Position numbers and translations under genes: made by a program
DNA from: Minisyncoccota bacterium
Lineage (GTDB): Bacteria > Patescibacteriota > Minisyncoccia > Phycocordibacterales > UBA2100
Assembly: GCA_035708165.1 (NCBI GenBank)
Contig: DASSSZ010000006.1
Coordinates: 179-64,178 of the forward strand
Direction of reading: 5' to 3'
DNA: 64,000 nt
The notes under the pieces: model-generated
What the model was told of the DNA's origin: nothing
The model's input: the letters and a program-made list of their open reading frames with translations, nothing else
Database searches by the model: none
Part shown: positions 10,025-17,107 of the stretch, piece after piece
Layout: each line of letters begins with the position of its first letter
How positions within the stretch are numbered: position 1 is the stretch's first letter

Positions 10025-10114
10025 GACGGAAGTATAGCGCGGCGCGGATATGCCTGCTTTTCACTCAAATAGAGCAGAAGCACGTCTTCTGCCGCCCAGC
10101 GCGCGCTTCTACGG

Positions 10115-10645
10115 CTATTCCGCGTTCGTATAGACGTTCTGCACGTCGTCGTTCTCGTCGAGAACCTCGATCAAGAGGGAAAGCTTCTCGCCGTCTGCTT
10201 CGCTGATGGGGACGGTGCTCGTCGGCTCATAGCCGTCGGCGGTCTTGGTGAACGCCCATGCGGCGGAGCCGGGCGCCGCGAGCTCGCAGCCATTCTTCGA
10301 GAGGAGGTGCTTGATCTCCTGGGCCGTGCGGTTGCGATTGTCGGTCACGGCATCGATGATGATCGCGACGCCGCCCGGGCCGTACGTCTCGTAGACGACC
10401 GATTCGAGCGCGACCGAATCGGCGGCAGTGCCTTTGGCGACCGCACGCTCGATATTGTCCTTCGGCATGTTCTCCGCCTTGGCGCGCTCGATGACGGCGC
10501 GCAGTGCCGAATCGTTCACGTTCCCGTTCGCCCGCTTCGATTCGATCGCGATAAGGCGCGCATACTTCCCGAATACCTTGCTCTTCGCCGCATCCGTCAC
10601 CCCCTTCTGCCGCTTGATCTGCGACCATTTGTTATGTCCTGACAT
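10115..10645 (-). CDS. yebC: YebC/PmpR-family regulatory protein (short variant, 176 aa)
   Basis: MSGHNKWSQIKRQK..GPGGVAIIIDAVTDNRNRT..DDVQNVYTNAE. The middle segment found in about 240 aa YebC proteins appears to be absent. Confidence 0.75.
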   Translation of the reverse strand: MSGHNKWSQIKRQKGVTDAAKSKVFGKYARLIAIESKRANGNVNDSALRAVIERAKAENMPKDNIERAVAKGTAADSVALESVVYETYGPGGVAIIIDAVTDNRNRTAQEIKHLLSKNGCELAAPGSAAWAFTKTADGYEPTSTVPISEADGEKLSLLIEVLDENDDVQNVYTNAE

Positions 10646-10730
10646 ACGGCGGCAGTATAGCGCGTCCGCCCCGGCTGTTCAAAACCGCTGGGTATGAGAC
10701 ACTGGCGGTATTAGCCTAGCCGAAACTCCT

Positions 10731-11003
10731 ATGGAATTCGATTTCAATGCCGTCCCCGAGAAGGTTTTCGTCGACACCGTGCACCTGCGCGTCATCAACG
10801 GTCTCCTGCATGTCGTGCTGCGCTCGGGCGACGCGATGGACTGCTATCTCCTGCCGCTGCCGTTGGCGAAGCTCATGGGCAAAGGCATCATGGCGCAGGT
10901 CGAGGAGATCGAGAAGAAGCACAATATCTCGTTCGACGAGCAGATCCCTGAAGGCGCCCAGATCTCGCCGTGGACGATCGATTCGGAAGAAGGAGGCAAG
11001 TAG
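10731..11003 (+). CDS. Small acidic hypothetical protein (about 90 aa), possibly DUF3467-like; likely co-transcribed with the downstream RM gene
   Basis: The ORF ends 20 nt before the RM gene start on the same strand. No recognisable catalytic motif. The family assignment is from memory only. Confidence 0.3.
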   Translation: MEFDFNAVPEKVFVDTVHLRVINGLLHVVLRSGDAMDCYLLPLPLAKLMGKGIMAQVEEIEKKHNISFDEQIPEGAQISPWTIDSEEGGK

Positions 11004-11023
11004 AGTGAAGGCCGCATGGAACT

Positions 11024-14000
11024 GTGGCACTATGGGCCCATATGGCCACTCTCGAGGACGCGATCGCGCGGTATGTCGCCGCGCTCGATGAGCAATACCA
11101 GACCGGGATCGCCATCGAGCATGCGTACCGCCCGGCGCTCAAGGCGCTCCTCGGCGAGATCATCCCCGGAACCACGCCGGTCAACGATCCGAAGCACTCC
11201 GAGCATGGCGCGCCGGACTTCGCCATCGTCCGCGGCAAGATCCCGCTCGGCTACGCGGAGGCCAAGGACATCGGCATCGATCTTGATGCGGTGGTGAAGT
11301 CCGACCAGATGCGCCGCTACTTCGGCTATAAGAACCTAATTCTCACGGACTATCTCGAGTTCCGCTTCTATCGCGATGGCGCGCAATACGAGGAATCGAT
11401 CACCGTGGCGAAGGTTTCGGATGGCAGGATCGTGCCGGTCGACACGACGGCGAAGCTCGCGCACGTCACGCTCGAGCTCATGGAAGGCGCACCGGAGCCG
11501 ATCCGGAGCGCGAACCGGCTGGCGGAGATCATGGGCGGCAAGGCACGACGCATCCGCGACAATGTCATCCGGTATCTCGAGGGCGATAGTGAGCGCAACC
11601 GGGAGTTCCGCCAGATGCTCGAGGTGTTCCGCGATCGGCTCGTGCACACGATCACGCCTGCGCAATTCGCGGACATGTATGCGCAGACCTTGGTGTATGG
11701 GCTCTTCGCGGCGCGCTACGCCGACCGGACGCCAGACAATTTCTCGCGACAGGAGGCGCGCGATCTCGTGCCGCACAGCAATCCGCTCCTGCGCGAGTTC
11801 TTCGATCATATCGCCGGCGCGGGCTTCGACGAGCGTCTCACTATCATCGTGGATGAGCTTTGTGAGGTCTTCACGCATGCCGCCGTGCATGAGCTCATCG
11901 AGCGCGCGTACCGGCAGGACGCGAAGATCGGCGAGACGAAGGAATCGCGCGACCCGATCATCCACTTCTACGAGGACTTCCTCAAGGAGTACGACCCGGC
12001 GCAGCGCGTCCAGCTCGGCGTCTTCTACACGCCGCCCGCGGTGGTCTCATTCATCGTGCGCAGCATCGATCGCATCCTGCAGGAGCGCTTCGCGCTTCCG
12101 CGCGGGCTCGCGGACGAGAGCATGATCGAGGCGAAGCTCCCGACGCAAGGGATCGACAAGCGCACGAAAGGCGAGGTCAAATACGAGACGCGGCAGGTGC
12201 ACCGCGTGGAGATCCTCGACCCGGCGACCGGCACCGGTACCTTCCTCAATCAGGTCATCCGGCACATCCACGCCGCGTACTTCGAAGGCAATGAAGGCGC
12301 ATGGCAGCCGTACGTCTCGGCGCACCTCCTGCCGCGGCTCTTCGGCTTCGAGCTCCTGATGGCCAGCTACACCATCGCGCACCTCAAACTCGCGATGACG
12401 CTCGCGGAGACCGGCTATACGGACGAGCGCACGCGCCTCGGCATCTATCTCACGAACACGCTCGATGAGCCGATCGACACGATTCCGCGGCTCGCCTTCG
12501 GGCTCGATCAGGCGATCACCGACGAGGCGTACCAGGCTTCGCGCATCAAGAAGGACCTGCCGATCATGGTCGTCTTAGGGAATCCGCCATATAGCGGCAT
12601 CTCATCCAACCCGCAGTACAGGGGCAATGCCGACTATAAGAAGGAGCCAGGCACGAATGAGAAGCTGAACGAGCGCAAGAACTGGCTCGACGACGATTAC
12701 GTGAAGTTCATCCACTTCGCCGAATCGCTCATCCGCAAGAACGGCGAGGGCATTGTCGGGATGATCACGGCGCATGGCTATCTCGACAACCCGACCTTCC
12801 GCGGCATGCGCTACCGCCTGCTCGAGACCTTCGACGAGATCTACGTGCTTGACCTGCACGGCAATGCCAATAAGAAGGAGAAGGCAGCGGATGGGACCAA
12901 GGATGAGAACGTCTTCGATATCAAGACCGGCACGGCGATCCTGCTCGGCATAAGAGGAAAGAAGGAGGGGAAGGGAGAAAGGAAGGAGCTCGCTGATGTC
13001 TACCATGCGGAGATGCTCGGCACGCGCCTCTCCAAATACGAGCGGCTGAATCAGAGCGACTGGGCAAGTGTGAGCTGGCAGAAGCTCGAGCCCGCGCACG
13101 ACAGGTACTACTTCGTGCCGGTCGCAGAGGGCGACGACGAGTACGAGCAGGGCATTGCAGTGAACGATATCTTCGATGTAGGCGTGACCGGGATCGTGAC
13201 AGCGCGCGATAGCGTCGTGATCGATACTGACAAGGATGTGCTCCGGGCGCGCATCGATATGTTCTGCGACCCCGAGCTTTCGGATGATGAGGTGCGCCGG
13301 AAGCTCTTCCCGGGGAAGAAGGACGGTAAGTATAAGGCAGGCGATACGCGCGGCTGGAAGCTCGATGCGGCTCGCAAGAAGATCCGCGACAAGGACCATG
13401 ATGCCGCGATCAAGCCGATCGCATACCGGCCATTCGATACGCGGTGGGTGTACTACGATCCGGACATGGTCGATTGGGGGAGGGAGAAAATAATGAACAG
13501 GATTCTTAAGGGTAAGAATTTGTATCTTGTCGTACATAAGCGAGAGGAATTGAAGATTCCTTTCGCCCATGCGCTTGTTACCGACCTAATGACAGAGCAC
13601 GGTGTTACTTCCGGGAAAACGACCAATTATCAATTTCCTCTCTATCTTTATCCTGAGCAGCAAACGACCGACGACACCCGGCGCACGCCGAACCTGAAGA
13701 CGGATGCAATCAAACAGTTCGAAGACGCGACAGATCTCGCATTCGAACCAGAAAACTGCGGGGGGGGGGCGACTATATGTCCATACGACATTCTCGATTA
13801 CATCTACGCCGTCCTCTACTCGCCCAGCTACCGGGCCAAATACGGCGAGTTCCTCAAGCGCGACTTCCCGCGCGTGCCGCTCCCCTCGAGCGCCGAGCAG
13901 TTCCGCGCGCTTGCTGGGAAGGGAAGCGAGCTGCGGCAGCTGCATCTCCTCACGCATCCGGTGCTCGCGAGGCCGGTCGCGACATTCCCTGTCCTGGGCG

Positions 14001-14266
14001 ACAGTGTCGTGGGCGCGAAGTTCCCGACCTTCGAGAATGGTCGCGTGCGCATCAATGACACGCAGTACTTCGACGGCATCCCGAAGGAAGTCTGGGAGTT
14101 CTATATCGGCGGCTATCAGCCCGCGCAGAAATGGCTCAAGGACCGCCGCGGCCGCACCCTCACCTACGATGACATCGAGCACTACCGCCGCTTCACCACC
14201 GCGCTCCAGGAGACAATCCGGGTGATGGGCGATGTGGATAGCATCCTAGCTTCATCTGGGAACTGA
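11024..14266 (+). CDS. Single-polypeptide Type IIL/IIG restriction-modification enzyme (MmeI-family-like: N-terminal PD-(D/E)xK nuclease + gamma-class N6-adenine MTase + C-terminal specificity domain)
   Basis: N-terminal ..PDFAIVRGKIPLGYAEAKDIGIDLD.. and ..LILTDYLEFRFY.. align to the MmeI D..EXK nuclease and its following strand. MTase motif I is DPATGTGTFL and motif IV is VLGNPPYSG. The C-terminal ..YIGGYQPAQKWLKDRRGRTLTYDDI.. is typical of type IIG/ISP/PglX TRD-coupler regions. Confidence 0.8.
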   Translation: MALWAHMATLEDAIARYVAALDEQYQTGIAIEHAYRPALKALLGEIIPGTTPVNDPKHSEHGAPDFAIVRGKIPLGYAEAKDIGIDLDAVVKSDQMRRYFGYKNLILTDYLEFRFYRDGAQYEESITVAKVSDGRIVPVDTTAKLAHVTLELMEGAPEPIRSANRLAEIMGGKARRIRDNVIRYLEGDSERNREFRQMLEVFRDRLVHTITPAQFADMYAQTLVYGLFAARYADRTPDNFSRQEARDLVPHSNPLLREFFDHIAGAGFDERLTIIVDELCEVFTHAAVHELIERAYRQDAKIGETKESRDPIIHFYEDFLKEYDPAQRVQLGVFYTPPAVVSFIVRSIDRILQERFALPRGLADESMIEAKLPTQGIDKRTKGEVKYETRQVHRVEILDPATGTGTFLNQVIRHIHAAYFEGNEGAWQPYVSAHLLPRLFGFELLMASYTIAHLKLAMTLAETGYTDERTRLGIYLTNTLDEPIDTIPRLAFGLDQAITDEAYQASRIKKDLPIMVVLGNPPYSGISSNPQYRGNADYKKEPGTNEKLNERKNWLDDDYVKFIHFAESLIRKNGEGIVGMITAHGYLDNPTFRGMRYRLLETFDEIYVLDLHGNANKKEKAADGTKDENVFDIKTGTAILLGIRGKKEGKGERKELADVYHAEMLGTRLSKYERLNQSDWASVSWQKLEPAHDRYYFVPVAEGDDEYEQGIAVNDIFDVGVTGIVTARDSVVIDTDKDVLRARIDMFCDPELSDDEVRRKLFPGKKDGKYKAGDTRGWKLDAARKKIRDKDHDAAIKPIAYRPFDTRWVYYDPDMVDWGREKIMNRILKGKNLYLVVHKREELKIPFAHALVTDLMTEHGVTSGKTTNYQFPLYLYPEQQTTDDTRRTPNLKTDAIKQFEDATDLAFEPENCGGGATICPYDILDYIYAVLYSPSYRAKYGEFLKRDFPRVPLPSSAEQFRALAGKGSELRQLHLLTHPVLARPVATFPVLGDSVVGAKFPTFENGRVRINDTQYFDGIPKEVWEFYIGGYQPAQKWLKDRRGRTLTYDDIEHYRRFTTALQETIRVMGDVDSILASSGN

Positions 14267-14277
14267 TGTGAAAATGC

Positions 14278-14340
14278 GGATGTCCCGCGGAGCGGGACAT
14301 CCAAATGGGGAACTGGCCGAAAGGTCAGTTTCTGTTTTTG
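14278..14340 (+). terminator. Hairpins plus a U-tract downstream of the RM gene (candidate rho-independent terminator)
   Basis: A 25-nt perfect palindrome ggatgtcccgcggagcgggacatcc lies at 14278..14302. A second hairpin ctggccgaaaggtcag at 14313..14328 is followed by tttctgtttttg. Confidence 0.45.
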
Positions 14341-14493
14341 CGCTTTGGGGCGCGTTGTGAGAGGGCACTACCAGCCGCTTTCTTCGAATCCCGGCCTGTA
14401 CGTCCATCTCGAAGAACTCGGCTCGCTGCCTTGCCAGCACTTCTCCCGGTGTGTCGCTGTTGTGCCATGCGAACTCAGATTATTCCAATAATC

Positions 14494-14559
14494 CTCGGGT
14501 TACCCGAGTTACGAGTATTCTCTCATGCGTACATCACGTGTCAAATGTAAATACATTTG
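14494..14559. promoter_or_regulatory. Palindromic operator candidates in the AT-rich promoter region of the TA operon
   Basis: Perfect 7-1-7 inverted repeat ctcgggt-t-acccgag at 14494..14508. Perfect 8-2-8 inverted repeat caaatgta-aa-tacatttg at 14542..14559, abutting the antitoxin start region. Confidence 0.45.
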
Positions 14560-14592
14560 CACAGGAGTGGACTTCCTGTGGATAAGTATGCT

Positions 14593-15318
14593 ATGAATAT
14601 ACCTATGGATATACAGAAACTTCGGAAAGAGCATGGTATGACCCAGGCGGATCTTGCAAACCGCCTCGGGATGTCACGGCCGACGCTGATCCGTATCGAG
14701 AAGGGTGAACGGCCGTTGACTGCACGCGAGGGGCACGAACTCCGCATGCTTTTCGGTATGCTCGATTCGGATGCTGCCGAGCGCGAGCAGTTCGACGATG
14801 TGCGCATCAGCATCCCCCAGAAGAATCTCGAGAAATTCAAGCAGGTACTGCTCTATGTCTTGAAGCAGGCCGGTGCCAAGCCGAATATCGGCATGACCGC
14901 ACTCTACAAACTGCTCTACTTCATCGATTTCGACTATTACGAGAAGTACGGGACGCAGCTGATGGGCCTGACCTATTTCAAGAACACGCATGGGCCAGCG
15001 CCGCGCGAGTTCATCAAGGTGGTGAATGAGATGAAGGAAAAGAAGGAGGTGGATGAAGTGAAAAGTAAGTACTTCACATATGAGCAACGCAAGTTCTTGC
15101 CGCTCATCGAGCCAGACCTGGCTATCCTGAGTGCGCGCGAGAAGGAGATGATCGACAATGTGCTGCTGCGGTACTCGGATAAGTCCGCATCAGAACTCTC
15201 ACGCCTTTCGCATATTGATACGCCATGGGATGTCGCGAAGGATGGCGAAGACCTTGATTATGAGCATGTGTTCTATCGGCCGGCCGAGCTCTCGGTGCGC
15301 GAGTACGATGAGCTCTAA
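14593..15318 (+). CDS. Antitoxin candidate: N-terminal XRE-type HTH fused to a Panacea (DUF4065, SocA/GepA-like) domain
   Basis: HTH region ..MTQADLANRLGMSRPTLIRIEKGERPLT..; Panacea-like core ..ALYKLLYFIDFDYYEKYGTQLMGLTYFKNTHGPAP... The ORF track starts at TTG 14557; in-frame ATGs are at 14593 and 14605. The stop overlaps the next start (TAATG). Confidence 0.6.
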   Translation: MNIPMDIQKLRKEHGMTQADLANRLGMSRPTLIRIEKGERPLTAREGHELRMLFGMLDSDAAEREQFDDVRISIPQKNLEKFKQVLLYVLKQAGAKPNIGMTALYKLLYFIDFDYYEKYGTQLMGLTYFKNTHGPAPREFIKVVNEMKEKKEVDEVKSKYFTYEQRKFLPLIEPDLAILSAREKEMIDNVLLRYSDKSASELSRLSHIDTPWDVAKDGEDLDYEHVFYRPAELSVREYDEL

Positions 15319-15686
15319 TGCGGCCGTGTATGGAATTCGCCGAACTGCCGGAATTTTCCCGAGAACTGAAATCCCTGAAGAAGAAATATAAGTCGCTCGA
15401 GGGCGACTTGGAAACGCAGCGGGACGTGTTGCAGACCAGGCCGGAAGGAACTGGTGGTAAACACTGGATTTGCCTGCACCAGAACGACGAATTCTCGATA
15501 TGGAAGACGAGGCTCGCATGCAAGACGCTTAAGGGGGACAAGATGCGCGTGATCTATGCATTCATTTTCAGTAGTGCACGGATCGAGTACGTAGAGATTT
15601 ATTTCAAGGGAGACAAACCCAACGAGGACCGCGAGCGCGTAGCGGCCTATATAAAAGAAACGAAGAAGCGGCTAGGGCTAGACTAG
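15318..15686 (+). CDS. Toxin candidate, RelE/ParE-superfamily (HigB/Gp49-like) mRNA-interferase-type protein
   Basis: 122 aa; the alternative ATG at 15330 gives MEFAELPEF... The C-terminus ..RVIYAFIFSSARIEYVEIYFKGDKPNEDRERVAAYIKETKKRL resembles the Gp49/HigB family tail. The gene is translationally coupled to the upstream HTH-Panacea gene. Confidence 0.45.
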   Translation: MRPCMEFAELPEFSRELKSLKKKYKSLEGDLETQRDVLQTRPEGTGGKHWICLHQNDEFSIWKTRLACKTLKGDKMRVIYAFIFSSARIEYVEIYFKGDKPNEDRERVAAYIKETKKRLGLD

Positions 15687-16694
15687 CTTCGTCTGGAGGT
15701 CCTCCGGCATGTCGAAGCCGAGGTGGGCGTAGGCGGCGGGGGTGGCGATGCGGCCGCGCGGCGTCCGTTCGAGGAAACCGATCTGCATGAGGTACGGCTC
15801 ATGCACCTCTTCGATCGTGCTCTGCTCCTCCGAGAGCGCGGCACCGAGGGTCCCGAGGCCGACCGGCCCGCCGCGGTATTTCCCGATGATCGCGGAGAGG
15901 ATATCGCGGTCGCTCTGCGTGAGGCCTTGCTCGTCGATCTCAAGCAGCGCGAGGGCTTTTGAAGCCATCTGCGCGTCCATCGCGCCGCCATGCACCTGCG
16001 CGTAATCGCGGCAGCGCTTGAGGAGGTAGTTCGCCGTGCGCGGCGTGAAGCGGCTGCGCTTCGCGATCTCCGCGCGGGCGTCGGCAGGCAGGGAGAGCCC
16101 GAGGATGGCCGCCGAGCGCTCGAGGATCCGCTCGATCTCGGCGGGCGTGTAATAGATGAGGCGGAACGTGCCGCCAGAGAAGCGGGAGCGCAAGGGCGCC
16201 GAGAGGAGCGAGATGCGCGTCGTCGCCGCGATCAGGGTGAACGCCGGCAGCTCGAGCTGCACCGTGCGGGCCGACGGGCCCTTGCCGATCACGATATCGA
16301 GGACGCCCGATTCCATCGCGGGGTAGAGGACTTCCTCGATCGTCTTATTGAGGCGGTGGATCTCGTCGATGAAGAGGATATCGCCCGGCGAGAGGTTCGT
16401 GAGGATGCTCGCGAGGTCGCCCACGCGCTCGATCGCGGGACCGGAGGTCGCGCGCAGCTGCGAGCCCATCTCGCGGGTGATGAGGTGCGCGAGCGTCGTC
16501 TTGCCGAGCCCCGGCGGCCCGTAGAGGAGCACGTGCTCCGGCTGCTGGCCGCGCTCCTTCGCCGCCGTGAGCAGGATCGCGAGATTCTTCTTGATGGATT
16601 CCTGGCCGATATACTCGTCCCACTGCGCCGGGCGCAGCGCTTGGTCCAGCGATTTCGCGTTCTCCGGGGGGATCGTGGGTTCGGTATCGGTCAT
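15678..16694 (-). CDS. ruvB: Holliday junction branch-migration ATPase RuvB
   Basis: LLYGPPGLGKTTLA Walker A, sensor motifs and the winged-helix C-terminus. The ATG at 16694 (MTDTEPT..) is the likely start. The ORF track extends to 16760 by in-frame read-through. Confidence 0.93.
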   Translation of the reverse strand: MTDTEPTIPPENAKSLDQALRPAQWDEYIGQESIKKNLAILLTAAKERGQQPEHVLLYGPPGLGKTTLAHLITREMGSQLRATSGPAIERVGDLASILTNLSPGDILFIDEIHRLNKTIEEVLYPAMESGVLDIVIGKGPSARTVQLELPAFTLIAATTRISLLSAPLRSRFSGGTFRLIYYTPAEIERILERSAAILGLSLPADARAEIAKRSRFTPRTANYLLKRCRDYAQVHGGAMDAQMASKALALLEIDEQGLTQSDRDILSAIIGKYRGGPVGLGTLGAALSEEQSTIEEVHEPYLMQIGFLERTPRGRIATPAAYAHLGFDMPEDLQTKLV

Positions 16695-16946
16695 GGGCGA
16701 TAGTTGACAGATTATGGCGGGTGTGCTACACTGCCGCCCAGTGATGCAGCGATGCATCATCTTCCATTTTCAGAGGCACGAATCTCTCAGCAATGGGTGA
16801 GTGCTACGAGGACGGGCCAGTTCCGCATTCGTGCGGCTCGCTTGCCCTATCCTTAGCCGGCGCTCCTCTTTCGCATACCATTGAAAGCATTGCTGAGAGG
16901 TTCGTGTTCCCGAACGGGCCATCGCTGCATACATTATATAAGAGGA

Positions 16947-16988
16947 ACCCCCGGTCGCCACTGTCGGCGCCGGGGTTCTTCTTGTCTG
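16947..16988 (+). terminator. Plus-strand hairpin plus U-tract (candidate terminator of an unannotated plus-strand transcript)
   Basis: Hairpin cccccggtcgcc-actgtc-ggcgccgggg followed by ttcttcttgtct. Confidence 0.35.
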
Positions 16989-17000
16989 GTATGCCAGAGA

Positions 17001-17030
17001 ATAAAAAAGCTGGCAGGAATTCCTGCCGGC
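17001..17030 (-). terminator. Rho-independent terminator of pilB (minus strand)
   Basis: Perfect hairpin gccggcaggaattcctgccagc followed on the minus strand by TTTTTTATT (plus-strand aataaaaaa at 17001..17009). Confidence 0.6.
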
Positions 17031-17107
17031 AGTCCGCTCCATAGGTGCCAGACGAACCCATGTGCACGTGTAAGCATACCGTGCGATCCTGAGGAACGAA
17101 TGAAGGC

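Noticed and set aside
10024-10115. Possible missing ruvA between ruvC and yebC or after ruvC
   Set aside because: The intergenic gaps are under 100 nt and non-coding. ruvA is clearly present elsewhere (27211..27774), so the locus is rearranged rather than the gene being lost.
16784-16891. Assignment of the pilB-ruvB intergenic helix to a known ncRNA family (SRP RNA, 6S, tmRNA, RNase P RNA)
   Set aside because: No family-specific conserved motifs were recognisable by eye (no tRNA-like end, no SRP domain-IV GGAA/AGCA motif, no P4 sequences). It is kept only as an unclassified candidate in the findings.
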